Origin: Chiloscyllium plagiosum
Lineage: Eukaryota
Assembly (NCBI RefSeq): GCF_004010195.1
Contig: NC_057720.1
Span: forward strand, 32,255,747-32,319,746
Direction: 5' to 3'
Length of the DNA: 64,000 nt
In this document: positions 1 to 13,351 of the stretch, piece by piece
How the letters are laid out: each line of letters starts with the position of its first letter
Numbering within the stretch: position 1 is the first letter of the stretch
Notes under the pieces: model-generated
What the model saw: only the letters and a program-made list of their open reading frames with translations
Told to the model about the DNA's origin: nothing
The model's database searches: none
Program-made: the position numbers and the translations under genes

Positions 1-317
1 GGTTTAGGTAGGGTCGACAGTGAGAATCTTTTTCCACGTATGGAGTCAGCTATTACAAGAGGGCATAGCTTTAAATTAAGGGGGGGGTAGGTATAGGACA
101 GATGTTAGGGGTAGGTTCTTTACTCAGCGAGTCGTGAGTTCATGGAATGCCCTGCCAGTAGCAGTGGTGGACTCTCCCTCATTATGGGCATTTAAGCGGA
201 CATTGGATAGGCATATGGAGGATAGTGGGCTCGTGTAGGTTAGGTGGGCTTGGATCGGCGCAACATCGAGGGCCGAAGGGCCTGTACTGCGCTGTATTCT
301 TCTATGTTCTATGTTCT
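1..317 (+). mobile_element. CR1-clade LINE 3' end (ORF2 C-terminus, 3'UTR and TTCTATG microsatellite tail)
   Basis: RGHSFKL..FFTQRVV..WNALP-type C-terminal coding; GGCCGAAGGGCCTGT 3' motif; (TTCTATG)n tail at about 300-317. Confidence 0.9.
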
Positions 318-1505
318 ATATCCCCTTTTTGTCCTCCTGATTTCCCTCTTAAGTATAATCTTACTGCCCTTTACTCTTCTAAGGATTCACTCAATCTATC
401 GTGTCTATACCTGACATATGCTCCCTTCTTTTCTTAACCAAATGCTCAATTTCTTTAGTCATCCAGCATTGTCTATACCTACCAGCCTTTCCTTTCACCC
501 TAACAGGAATATACTTTCTCTGGACTCTCATTATCTCATTTCTGAAGGCTTCCCACTTTCCAGCTGTCCATTTACCTGTGAACATCTGCCCCCAGTCAGC
601 TTTTGAAAGTTCTTGCCTAATACCGTCAAAATTGGCCTTTCTCCAATTTAGAACATCAACTTATACTTTCACCTCCTTACCAATTGGTTTCTCAATTTCC
701 CTCTGACTATTAGGGGATCTATAATACAATCCCAGTAAGGTGATCATCCCTTTCTTATTTCTCAGTTCTACCCTAATAACTTACCTGGATGCATTTCTGG
801 GGATATCCTCCCTCAGTACAGCTGTAATGCTATCCCTTATCAAAAACGCTGCTCCCCCTCCAATCTTGCCACCCTTTTTGTCCTTCCTGTAGCATTTGTA
901 TCCTGGAAAATTAAGCTGTCAGTCCCGTCTATCCCTGAGCCATGTTTCTGTAATTGCTATGATATTCCAGTCTCATGTTCCTAACCCTGCCCTGAGTTCA
1001 TCTGCCTTCCCTGTTAGGCCCCTTGCATTGAAATAAATGCGATTTAATTTATCAGTCCTACTTTGTTCTCTGCTTTGTCCCTGCCTGCCCTCACTGTTTG
1101 ACTCACTTCTTTTCTCAACTGGACCAGTCTCAAATTGATCTCTTTCCTTACTATCTCTCTGGGCACCCCCCACCCCATCTTACTAGTTAAAATCTTCCGA
1201 GCAGCTCTTACAAATCTCCCTGCCAGTACATTAGTCCCCTTCCAATTTAGGTGCAATCCGTCCTTCTTGTACAGATCACTTCTACTCCAAAAGAGATTCC
1301 AATTATCCAAAAATGTGAATCCTTCTCCCATGTACCAGCTTCTCAGCCATGCATTCATCTGCTCTGTCCTCCTATTTCCACCTTCACTAGCTTGTAGCAC
1401 TGGTAGCAATTCACATATTACTACTCTTGAGGACATCCTTTTTAAATTCCTGCCTAACACTCTGTAATCTCCCTTCAGAATCTCATCCTTTTCCCTTTCT
1501 ATGTC
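318..1505 (-). mobile_element. CR1-clade LINE 5' part: ORF1 SGNH-esterase C-terminus and ORF2 APE endonuclease, with an internal deletion near 665-690
   Basis: ORF 1044-1460 has FLDNWNLFW..LYKKDGLHLNWKG (esterase DxxH motif); YFNARGLTGKADEL marks the APE start; near-identical to 26766-27170 and 29790-30590. Confidence 0.9.
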
Positions 1506-1700
1506 AGCGTTCTTGAATATTTTAAAGGCAGAGGTGTATAGATTCTTGTTAAGCTAGGTGTTGAAAGTTTTTCAGGGGTATGTGGGAGTGCAGATTTGAG
1601 ATTACAATCAGAGCAGCCATGACCTTATGGAATGATGGGGCAAGTTTGAAGGAACAAGTGGTTCACTTCACCTCCTAATTTGTATGTTCATATGTAATGG
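1506..1700 (+). mobile_element. Old CR1-like LINE 3' tail fragment
   Basis: ttttaaaggcagaggtgtatagattcttg ... cagccatgacct; matches 16140-16280 and 30920-31110. Confidence 0.6.
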
Positions 1701-2994
1701 CAATTGGGTAGGCAAGGAGTTATGGGTGTTGAGAGCAAAAACCAACCATCTTTTAGTTTGTACATTGGAGAAATTAACTCTGTTTTGTGTGTTTAAACTT
1801 TCTATCAATCTCTCATGTCGTATTAGCATTGAATACACCATTCCCTGGATAAAGAACCACTGATGAGTTTTCTATGGGCCTGTGTGAAAAAGAACTTTTG
1901 GGATGGCACTTGCTTTAATTTTGTTGGTATCCATCCTGCACCTTCGTGAGATAACCATAGCCAAAATCTCTCCACATCAGCAGCCACAGACACTATTTTG
2001 CTCAACCACTACACATTAGATTTTTGGAACACCAATGGCACCATGTTTTTCTGATCCTCTCACTTGCAGTAAGTTTGTTTCTGGCAATGTCAAGCTCCTG
2101 ATAACTTAAAATTGAGGGCTCACATTTCAAAATCCAGAATCCAACAAACTCAAGGCAAGCATTAAGATGAAGAGGAATTTAAAAATCAGTTAGGTTTGTG
2201 AGTTATCTCAGTGATGGAAACTACACTCAAAGCAGGTATAAATCTCACAGGAAAATATTCAGTTTATTACAACACCTCTCTTGACCTCATAAATTTTGTT
2301 TGCCTAATACCGGCTCTATTTCTCATCCACTAATTACTTGCACAGCAAGCTAAGAGTTTAGTTTTGGGGTTCCAGCTTCCACTATTGCAGTAGTCATATA
2401 TCTCCATTACTTTGGAATCACCAGGGAACTCATTGCAATAAACCCCAAAAAGCTAGTGGGAGATTTAAGGAAGCTATACACAATGCATTTATCACAATGA
2501 TTTAGAACATTTCTACAGACTCATTAATAACTTCAAACTCCAAGTTCAAAGAACACATACTAATTTTAGACCTCAGTCCAAATCACAGAGGAGGAAACAG
2601 TATACTTTCACCTCTCTTTCCTTGCTTTCTGACAAAGTTAATGCCAAGTGGTTTCATAGAAATCTTAGTGTTTCATAACAAAACAGGTAAGAAGCCAATT
2701 TCAGAATTAATGTAAGCTGTTCCAGAGCAAAAACCTTCACTGAATGGATCACTTGGCATATGTTCAAAACTTAGATGAAATGAATTTCCCAAAAGACTCA
2801 GAAGAGTAGCTTATCAGAAATTAAACCACTAGATTCTAATACAGCAGTCAAGTCTTTCACAAATCCATGGGCTCAAACTGATGCACAAGCATGTGTTACC
2901 AAGAGAATTCTAGCTAGCTGTTATAATGAGTTGATTACTTATAAAATGGAACCTCAGAGAAAGAATGATGATCAGATTTGGTGGTACAAAATAA

Positions 2995-3420
2995 GAAATA
3001 CCTTGAACTGGCAATAGGAACAGAGGAACAACAACAGACCATTTAGTCCTTGGAGACTGATCTGCCATTCAATAATTATTCTGCAACCTAACTCCATATA
3101 GCTCATTTTTTTTCCCCATTTCCCTTAATACCTTTGGCTAATAAAAGTCCATCAATCTTAGTTTAAAAATTAACAATTCAGGAACAATTGGGTACAGAAT
3201 GTCTCCCACTCTTTGCATGAAAAAGTGGGTCCTGGTTTCACTCTGGAAAGTTCTGGCTCTACGTTTTAATCTTTGCCCTTTCGTCTTCGCCTTGCCAAAT
3301 ATAACAAAAAATTTCTTTCAACACCCAATCTATTCCACATAATATCCTGGTAAATAAAATCATTCCTTAATGTTCTAAAATTCTAGGAATATAACTCTGG
3401 TTTTCTTATGAATTGAATGT
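2995..3420 (-). mobile_element. Old CR1-like LINE 3' end
   Basis: Decayed reverse complement of the CR1 tail seen at 7280-7590 and 40300-40745. Confidence 0.55.
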
Positions 3421-4084
3421 GTGTAAGAATTTGATGAAAGGAATGATTCAATGAAAAGAACATTGGACAAAAGAAAATCATCCTATTTCATTAATGTTAA
3501 TCCAAGAACTTTTTAATACTGTTACAGAGATGATTATAAGTGATAGAGGTGATCAGAATTGCATTCTTGGTAATTGCAATTACTGACTCCTGTTATCAAG
3601 GCTGGAAGATCATTAACTGACCAGCTACTTATTAAATTAGAATTGACACTGAACAACCTCCCGCCACTATGTACTGCATGATCCTTGAGCCCCTATTCTG
3701 TCAGTTCCAAAAGAGGATGCCCATATAAGCCTAATTTCTTGAAATGGGTTCTCAACATTAGAATCCTCAACGCAATCTTCCCTGATATTTTTCGAAGAAC
3801 TTGCTTTGTTCAGCTAAAAGAAAGTTTGTATTGTGATCTTTTCGAATGACTGCAAGTTGTTATATCTGATATTTATGACCACTGAATGGGAAACGCCAAG
3901 TGATAGATGATTCCAACGCTTAGATCCTGCCCAAATTAAGTCAACCTTACCGGCCTCATAATTTTTGGCAGATAACTCTTTCTGATGTTGAAGAGTTGAT
4001 GAGTGGTTGTCTCCTGGACTTGTAATCCACAAGCCTGGACAATATGATCCAATGACTAGTAGAACTTAAGCTCAATGAATTGGC

Positions 4085-4420
4085 AAATTTGGAATGAAAA
4101 AGATGGTCTCTATGATTGTGACTATGAAACTATGAGATTGTTGTAAAAATCTGTCTATTTTGCTCATGTGTTTTTTGTAAGGAAATCTACCATCCTTACC
4201 CAGTCTGGTCAGCATGTGACTGCAGACCCACAGCAATGGATGACCTCTAAAATGGCTAAGCAAGCCACTCAGGTATATGAAACCACAATCAAAACATTGA
4301 ATGAAGACAAATCTGGAAAGACCACTCAGTGTTGATCTAGACACCAGAAACAATTATAATACACATTGGCCAGTCAACCCTTCAAAGACCTTCTCATTAG
4401 CATCTGGAGTCTTGTATGAC
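4085..4420 (+). mobile_element. Decayed shark SINE/LINE-associated repeat (same core as 27990-28355)
   Basis: ggaaatctaccatccttacccagtctgg...gacccacagca...caagccactca matches 28183-28283. Confidence 0.6.
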
Positions 4421-4789
4421 AATGTATATTTTACAGCATATGAAAAAGACATTTGCTGCTTTTTACGCCAGCCTCCCTCGTTTGATAAATTAGTAGAACA
4501 GCAGTCACTCCATATTTAGATATGGGCTTGATAGACTACAGAATAAATACAATCCATTAAGATAGTGAATCAAAGTATAGAATTCTATTGATTAATAGAG
4601 AAATCCAAACCTTAAAAGAAGCAATATTATGATAAAGGACAGGCTAAAAATATTAACATTAGACTTTAAAAATAAAGGAAGTGTATAGGGTGGTACAATG
4701 GGAGATTTAAAGTGACAACCATGAATGTGTAAAATGCCAGAAGATACCCCCTGTATTCTTTCATCCTCTTGATAATCAAAAATGAATTT

Positions 4790-4960
4790 ACCTATTTAAA
4801 AGACATCTGGATGGGTATATGAATAGGAAGGGTTTAGAGGAATGTGGGCCAAATGCTGACAAATGGGACTATATTTATTTAGGATATCTGGTCAGCATGG
4901 ACATGTTGGACCAAAGGGTCTGTTTCTGCGCTGTTTTTCACTATTATTCTATGACTCTAT
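4790..4960 (+). mobile_element. CR1/HER1-like LINE 3' tail
   Basis: tttaaaagacatctggatgggtatatgaataggaag...gggtctgtttc...ctatgactctat. Confidence 0.85.
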
Positions 4961-5600
4961 AACTGCCTTTGAAAAAGGGAATTCCAAAGACTCAAAATCC
5001 TCTGAGAGAAAATAAGTCCTCATCTCAATTTTAAATAGGTGAGCTCTTTTTAAACTGTGACCCCTAGTTCTAGATTCCCCCACAAAAGGAAACATCCTTT
5101 TGACATCCACTCCATCAGTCCTCTCAGGATTAAATAGTTTCAATAAAGTCACCTCTGATTCTTCTAAACTACAGAAGTTACGGGCCTAGCCTGTCTAGCC
5201 TTTCCTCATGAGGTATTCCTCTAATTCTCAGTGTTAGTCTAGTAAACCTTCTCTAAACTGTTTTTAATGCATTAATATCCTTTTGGAAGTATGGTGACCA
5301 GTAATACTCCATATAATACACCAGAGGCAGTCTCATAATGCCATAAGTTTTTACTCAGCATAACCTACCAATTCTTGCATTGAATTCCCCTTTATATAAA
5401 TATAATATATTTCAGCTTTCCTGTTTACTTGCTGTACCTGCATATTAACCTTTTTTGATTCATATCCTAGAACATATATCTCTGCATGTCAGAGCTCTGC
5501 AAACTCTCACCATTTAGACAACATGCTTACCTTTTTATTCTTTCAGTCAAAATGGGCAATTTCACACTTTCCAATATTATACTTAAAAACATGTATACAG
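4961..5600 (-). mobile_element. Old CR1 ORF2 C-terminal fragment
   Basis: ORF 4949-5152 MFPFVGESRTRGHSLK. Confidence 0.75.
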
Positions 5601-5669
5601 TGAAATATTAGTTGGAGAGTATAGAAGATGATTTTTGTATGCTTTATACTAATATTGCTATCTGCACTT

Positions 5670-6105
5670 AGAGTCATAGAGATGTACAGCACAAAAACAG
5701 ACCCTTCAGTCCAACTCATCCTTGCCAACTAGATATCCTAAATGAATCTAGTCCCATTTGCCAGCATTTGGCCCATATCCCTCTAAACCCTTCCTATTCA
5801 TGTACCCATCCAAATGTCTTTTAAATGTTGTAATTGTACCAGCCTCCACCACTTCCTCTGGCAGCACATACATGCACCACCCTCTGTGTGAATAGGTTGC
5901 CCCTTAGGTCCTTTTTAAAGTTTTTCTTCTCTCACTTTAAACCTAAGCTGTCTAGTTTTGGACAGGCCACCCTGTTGAAAAGATCTTGTTTACTCACCCT
6001 CTCCATGCCCCTCATAATTTTATAAACCTCTATAAGGAGCATCAGCCTCTGATGCTCCAGTGAAAATAGCCCCAGCCAATCAGCCTCTCCCTATGTCTCA
6101 ACCAT
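5670..6105 (-). mobile_element. CR1/HER1-like LINE 3' end
   Basis: Reverse complement of the (CTCTATGA) tail and C-terminal coding; matches 25160-25580. Confidence 0.85.
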
Positions 6106-7279
6106 CAAGAAACTGTTCCTGCTATCCCTGGTGCTGAAATGTAACATGAGGTTTGAAAACACAGTTAGCCCAAAGATCATGAAGTAAGGCTTTTTTTTAT
6201 TGCATTGGGATCATTTCAGCATGAAGGGAAATTAAGGTTATAGAAAGTAGTATTTGCAAAATTCACATGGGGTGAAGCCTGTGGTTTACACTGGTTTGAG
6301 GAGTCCATTTTCTGTCTTCTTCACTTATGCCTTCCTTCCATCAAAGCTACCCTTTTTCCCAGAGAGGGTCTGTTTGACAGTTCTGGCTCATCAACATCAG
6401 CTGCTGTTGGAGGTCCCAGTGAGACTGCTTGAGATCCCCTGTTGACCATCACCATCTTATGCTGGAGGTTCTATTACATGCATTGTCCCCAAGGCTGTTT
6501 GATCCTTTTCCTTAAGGTAGGCTCTTCCATGATGTATTGTAACAAACCTTTACTTAGATCTGTACATTGTAGGTTTGTAAATATAACTCTCTGGCAGTGT
6601 CTAAGACCCTTCTCTTTACATGTTTATTTTGATTTCTAATGTCTTCTCTTGATTTCTCTTACTGATGTCAGTCACAGTCATCGGTTGCATTGTGATAATT
6701 TTCATATATCATTAAATTGCAATGACTCAGCATCAAAGGAGTGAGCTTCTGTTCAGTATCTCATCTTCCTGGAGTTGGATCTCTGAGTCCATTCTCTCTG
6801 TCTTGTGAATGGCTGAGGAGAATGGTGTTACTGCTGCTGCTCTCCGTACTCCTTTGCTGGTGGTGTTAGTGTTATTACCATTCTCATTCTACCAAATGGC
6901 TCCAAAGTTAAAGCTGCATAGCCTGCTCCCATGTTGCTTTGAAGGCAAACAACATGGAGGCATGGATTGAGGTGAGTGAGGTGCAAGGCAGATGAATTGA
7001 CTTCATGAAGTTGAAGATCTCCTGCCAAACACTAATAGCATACTGTTAGAACATCACCCTGTTAGCTAGATATGGCTGTATCAATGTTAGCAAAACAGGT
7101 CCCTTTATAGGTTAAACAGAACAGCTTCAGAGTTGATTGAAAGCTGGTGATGCTCATTTGGCTTTGCATTTAGCACGCAGTATCTGCTTAATGGGCTTTG
7201 CACATAAATTGAACCATTGGTCGTGGTGGTTAATAGATGAAAATTGCAGCAAATGATTTGATGCTGGAAAATCCATAAG

Positions 7280-7595
7280 GCCATAGACCATAAGATATAG
7301 GAACAGAATTAGGCCATTTGGCCCATCAAGTCTACTCCACTATTCAATCATTGCTGACGTGTTTCTCAATCCTATTCTTCTTCTTTCTATCCGCAACCTA
7401 TGATCTCCTTACTAATCAAAAACTCATATATGTCTTTCTTATATACACTCAGTGACTCGGTCTCCACAGCCTTCTGCAGCAATGAGTTTCACAGATTCAC
7501 CACACTCTAGCTGAAGAAATTCCTCCCCATCTCAGTTCTAAAGGGTTGTGCCTTCGCGTGGAGGCTGTACCCTCCTGTACGAGTCTCTTTTATTA
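7280..7595 (-). mobile_element. Old CR1 LINE 3' end
   Basis: FRTEMGRNFFS motif; ccataagac tail like 40300-40330. Confidence 0.75.
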
Positions 7596-8464
7596 ATAGC
7601 CTTCGGTTGATAGCACTTTCGGATATATACCAAAAAGTGCAGGTGGTGTCTACCAGTCTCCTCAAAGCTTTCAGAGGAACATGGGCACCATAGGGGCTGG
7701 GGTGCATGATTCCATCCCTATCGACACCATTTTAATTTAATTGCCTCCCTTGCCTTCTCTTTGTTTTCTTTTATTTTTGCTGTCATTTTGCTGCCTTTGG
7801 TGGACAGTGTTTGTTGTAATTTGTTAATTAGTTGATTGGTTAACTTGGTGGTAAAATAATAGCCGGGTTCTTTGCACGTTTGTCCATTTGATGGTGTGTT
7901 TATTTTAAGAAAGGAGCTGGGTTCTTCTCCAGTGGGTGTTGGCTTCTGGACGTGGAAGGGATCCAGAGGGAAAGGGGAAAAATGGTGTTTGTAGTAAATG
8001 ATAGATTTCACAATAAAACCCTGATAAAATCTTTATAACTCTCTGTAAATCTTTTGTTTCTAATTCAATAAATGGAAATTAATCTGTTAAACAGGCTGCA
8101 GCTCTTTGATTTCACTGTATACAGGCTTCAGTTATAAAGCCCTGCCCATTCAGTACGCGCCTCATTGGCTCTGCCAAAATGCAAATGTCAGAGACGTGTT
8201 GAAGCCAAAATATAGTGTTAAATCCAAACTTAATTACCTGTTTGCATAGTATAATTACTTTCTCAACAGCACATCATCAGCAAACCAGTTTTCATATCCA
8301 GATCAAGAGGGATCATGTTGTGCTTTTCAGAGAGTTCCATGACAGTTTCTGAGGCTCTTTTTCCTTGGTAGTATCAATTCTGCACATAGCATGTGGATGA
8401 TATGTTTCGGTCTCTGTGCTACTAATCAAGTAATGTAGTCACTGTACCCTGAATGAGACAGTCA

Positions 8465-8509
8465 TTCTCCTCTCATAGTATCTATGTTCTCCTCTCATAG
8501 TATCTATGT
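8465..8509. repeat. Exact tandem duplication of about 22 bp (TTCTCCTCTCATAGTATCTATG x2)
   Basis: Direct reading. Confidence 0.9.
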
Positions 8510-8939
8510 TATTTGAAGAAGATGAACAGAGTTGAGCTGGTTTGTAAAGAATATAACAAGAGACAAAATAAGTAATATTTGGAAATATTACTGGTCATAC
8601 TGGAGCTCTATGTTGACATGTACAAGAAAAAGTGGACCAGTATGTATCATATGTAAGTTTGACTGGTTTGGGGCGACCTTCAACACCTATGCCTGGTGAT
8701 TCCTCTGAGACATCCCTTGACAGTAAAAGAAAAGCCTCAGCCTGGAATCCTTGACACACTCGCTAGTCTGTACTCTCTGAGAAAAGTGTGTAATTGAGTT
8801 CTGACACAATGCAAGAGCATACATCAACGTGCAAAAACTGTACCTCATGTAATAAATTGTAACTCCCTGAAGGTGTAAGAGCTCTCAATTAAGATTTGTG
8901 CCATGCTTCTTGAACCTACAACAAGTATATGTAAAAATG

Positions 8940-9460
8940 AGGAGTAGTGTGTCCAGTTCTGGTTTTAGAAGTGTATTATTACATGTGTGAGGGTTCAAAA
9001 AGATTTACCAGATGTTGCGGGGAATAGAAGGTTTGAGTTATAGGGAGAGGCTGGATAGGCTAGGACTTTTTTCACCAGAGCGTAGGAGATTGAGAGGTGA
9101 CTTTCTAGAGATTTATAAAATCATGAGATATGTAGATAAGGTGAATGGCAGGGATCTTTTCCCTAGAATTGGGGATTTCAAGACTAGGAGGTACATTTTT
9201 AAGATGAGAGGAGAAAGATTTAAAAAAGACATGAGGGACAACTTTTTCACACAAAACGTGGTTCATATGTGGGATGAACTTCCAGAGGAGGTGGTGGATG
9301 CGGATACAATTCCAAAATTTAAAAGACGTTTGGATAAGTACATGAATAAGAAACGTTTGGAGGGATATGGACCAAACACAGGCAGGTTGGACTAGTTTAG
9401 TTTGAGGTTATGGTTGGCATGAAGGGTCTGTTTCCATGCTATATGACTCTGACTCTGAGT
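8940..9460 (+). mobile_element. CR1/HER1-like LINE 3' fragment
   Basis: ORF 9012-9395 LSYRERLDRLGLFS..RRLRGD; tail atgactctgactct. Confidence 0.9.
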
Positions 9461-10964
9461 CTTCTTATTCTAACTTTCCTTCTGATACTCACGAGCTTCT
9501 TCTTCTTCATTTACAGTCAGTCACAAAAGAGAAGTCTGAAGAAATGTAAATTATGTAAAGTTTATTGTGGAAGGATTTGACACAGTGGACGAAATGTACT
9601 CCTTCTGCCCCTTTGCAAGTTTTCAATTAAGGTTATGAAGTGTGAAATCAATTGGAGGTGCAGTTCACTTTTAAGTTGAAGTTGGAGTCAATTGTGCTGT
9701 GCACTTTATAAAGTAATTTATTAAGATTAAAGATTTATTATTTAACATGAATTATCACTTCCATCTCTGTCACCCATCCTTGGCTGGTTGTTGCTTCACA
9801 CATATGACTGCCTTCCTTTGTAATTGGCAAGCCAAATGTGGTTCATAAATCACAATACTGAGGCTGCAGAGAGAAAACATGTTTTATTTTTGTGTCTGTG
9901 TCTGGCTCAATAATTCAAAAATTAATGCTTCCCCTTGGTTTAGTCTAGATTTTTAAATTCTAGTTGTTGAGAAAGAAGGTAGGTGTTTTATTATTATTGC
10001 AAATAAATGATTTCTACATTGATTGAAGAATGAAAATGTATGTTCTGGTAGGTTTAGCATGTTAAGTTCAATTTTACAGAAGCATGCATATGGGCTTTGA
10101 TATGCAACTGTTGAAAGCACAACAGGAATGTTTTCACTTTTTTTGTTAGCGTGAATAGCCTTATATTTAAAGGAATATTCTGGGTTTCAGAATTAGACAT
10201 ATCACAGAAATATCACATTTTAAAGTTTACACTAGGAAAAATCATTCATCGACTCAATTTCTTCTTGAGTTCTGGACTTCCCTCGTTGAAGAAATTGGGT
10301 AAGTAAATCTGAAAATGGGGCCCACACCATAACCTTTTAGGTGATGCCTAGTTACACTCAAACAATCTCACAATCTCATTACGATATAGTCAACTTAAAA
10401 TAGAGAGAGAAAACACTGAACCCACCCAAATGGGCAAACATTTTAACCCTGAAAATGTGTTTGTTTGAGTTGACTGGGACGTTAGAATGCAAAAATATCT
10501 CAAACATACACACAACCCATGAATCCATTCATTTTGTGTTTCAATGACAGCAAGATGGAGTGGCAGGTAATCAACATGTGCCCAGAAAGCAGGTCACTCA
10601 TGTAAATATTCTTTGTGATCTCTCTTCCAGTTTTAGCACTGAATAATCTGGTTTCCTGGGCTAAAGAGAGGTAAGAACTGCTCCACAGATGTTTTTACAG
10701 CATTGTTTTGACCAAGACAAGCAGGTGTGCTTCTCCCACAATTCACCAAGAAAACTTCCTAAATATAATTATCTCCCCTTCTCACCCCATCTTCCCAAAC
10801 CTCCAAATCCAAAACTAAATCTCCATCAGGTTCAGCAACTCTTTTGACCTAATTCTGGTCTCTAACATAAAAATATGGAGTTAGCAGTTGGAAAACATCA
10901 AAATGAAACTCCACAGCATGTAGGGGGACCTAAACTTTCCTGTTTAGAAGTCATGGCTCAATAA

Positions 10965-11235
10965 AACAGTGGTGGCATTGCAGTAATGTCGTTGGACAAA
11001 TGATCCAACAGCAACTGGTGGAATTTAAATTCAATTAAGAAACTGAAGTGTAAAACTAGTCTCACTAATAGTGAATGTTAAACCATTGTGGCTGGTCATG
11101 AAATCCCATCTTTTAACTGATTCCTGGCATTAAATTCCTCACCCATTTTGAGGAGGTAATCTAGGTCCTCATAGAAGACAATCAAGATAGCTCCTTGGGG
11201 ATGCTAACATATCCATATTCCACCAATCAAACAAT
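10965..11235 (+). mobile_element. Decayed tRNA-head SINE related to 27990-28355
   Basis: gtggtggcattgcagtaatgtc head; aatttaaattcaat...aaaccattg core; similar tail. Confidence 0.45.
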
Positions 11236-12125
11236 TAGTTCCTTTCCTTGTTCTGGCAGGAGAATCTATTCAAATCAGCTCTAGGATCTAGGTCTGCTTC
11301 TGATTTTTCCCACCTGCATTTCTTGATGATATTGTCTATTGATCTAAGGGTCCTTATCTTGTCTGCTTTTGAAGGTGGCAATGACTTGGACTCATGTTTC
11401 AGGGTCCTCCTCTTGCTGGCTTCTCTAGTCGATGCTAACCATCTATCTCAGGGTCCTTACCTCACCCACTTCTCTAGGTCTCCCCATCTTGGGGTCCTCC
11501 TTCTGTCTGCTCCTCTTTAAAGGATACAAATGCCATTCCAGCAGAAGCTAGAAATCAGGAAATGGAGAGGAGGAAAGAACTCGGGAAAGTTACAGTCATC
11601 AGAGAAGTGGAACAAAGCAAATTGTTTGAGCTGTTGGTTGTGGACAAATGCTCTGGTCTAGATGGACTTCATCCTTGGGTCTTAAAAGAAGGGCTACTGA
11701 GATAATTGGTCCTAATTTTCCAAAACTCCCCAGATTTCAGGAAGGTATCATTGAATTGGAGAATAGCAATTTTTCTTTAAAAACAGAGGAAGACAGAAAG
11801 CAGGAAACTACGTGTCACTTAGCATCGCATCCGACATCAGGAAATTACTAGAATGTATTATTAAATAGGTTATGGCAGGGCATGTGCAGGAATTTAAGGT
11901 AATCAGGCAAAGTCAATATTTTTTATGAAAGTGAAATCATGTTTAATTAATCTATTGCAGGCAGTTGAGAAACTAACATATGCTGTGGAATAAGGGAAAC
12001 CAGTGGATGTATTGTATTTAGATTTCCAAAAGATATTTAATAAAGTGCCACATCAGATGTTATTGTAGAAGGCAGAAGTTTGTAGGGTAGTGTTGGCATA
12101 GTGGCATGAATAGAAGATTGGTTAG

Positions 12126-12720
12126 AGACAAAACAACTGCAATTGCTGGAATCCAAGTTAGACAAGCAGGATGCGAGAAGGACACAGCAAGCCTGGCAGC
12201 ATCAGGCAGTAGAGAAGTCGATGTTTCAGATGTAACCTATCTGCAGGACTGGGGGTGGGTGTAAGGGGAGCTGCAGATAAAGGGGATGGCGGGGGTAGGG
12301 TGGTGAAGTGGGGATAGGTAAAGACAGGTGGAGGGTACAAACCTGCTGGTCGATGGGAGGAACGAATCCGGTAGATTACTGGGAGGAGTGGAAGGGAGAG
12401 AGAGGGGTTTGGAAGGGAGTTGGGGGAGGGGAAAGGAGGTTATTTGAAATTGGAGAACTCAATGTTGAGTCCTCTGGGTTGTAGACCGCCCAGGAGGAAG
12501 ATGAGGTGCTGTTCCTCCAATTTGCGGTTTAGTTCATTGTGGCAATGGAGGAGACCAAGGAGGGTTATGCAGGAAAGAGAGTGGGAAGGGGAATTAAAAT
12601 GGGTTGGTGGCTGGGAGGTCCGGTTGGCCCCTGTGGGCTGGCTGAGATGCTTGGCAAACCATTCTCTAAGTTTATGTTTGGTCTCCCCAGTGTAGAGAAG
12701 ACCACATTGGAAGGACCTGC
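12126..12720 (-). mobile_element. Penelope-like element fragment: GIY-YIG endonuclease C-terminus plus pseudo-LTR
   Basis: ORF 12440-12742 CGLLYTGETKHKLREWFAKH...HFN...RKLEEQHLIFLLGGLQPRGLNIEF. Confidence 0.9.
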
Positions 12721-13351
12721 TAGCTATCAGAAAGCAGAGCATATCTACAACTGTGTCTTTTTCAGACTGGCAAGGTGCAAAGAGTGGTAAGTCACATGGA
12801 TCAGGGATGGTACCTCAATTGTTTATAATGTATATAAATAATTGGGATGAAGTGACCAAAGGTATGGTTTCCAAATGTTCTGATGACAAAAGATAGGTAA
12901 AAGTACGTTGTGAAGAGGGGATAATGATGTTAGAAAAAGATATAGAAAGATTAAGTGAGTGGACAGCGCTATGGAAAATGAAGCATAAAGTGGGAAATTG
13001 TCCATTTTGGCAGGAAGAGTGTAAAAGAACCATATTATCTAAATGGTGAGAGATTCCAGAGCTCTGAAATGCAGTCATCTAGGGTAAACTAGTGCATGGC
13101 TAACAAAAAGCTAATAGCAAGTACAAGAAGCTATGTTATCATTTTTTGCAACATTAACTGAATACATAAGGAGGGAAGTTTAAGCTTCAGTTATAAAGGA
13201 CAACATTTGGAGTACTGTATAGATTATTGGCCTCCTTCTTTAAGGAAAGATGTAAATGTGTTGGAAGTAGGTCAGAAAAGGTTTCCAGATTAATACTTGG
13301 AATGACCAGGTTGTCTTATGAGAAAAGGCTGGACAGGCTAGCCTTGTATCT

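Noticed and set aside
1810..4060. Possible host exons or ancient element coding sequence (ORFs 1823-2005 and 3814-4032)
   Set aside because: No recognisable domain or convincing splice-bounded frame
6250..7250. Possible exon or Harbinger remnant on the minus strand (AG acceptor near 7025)
   Set aside because: Stops in all frames and no motif I can identify with confidence
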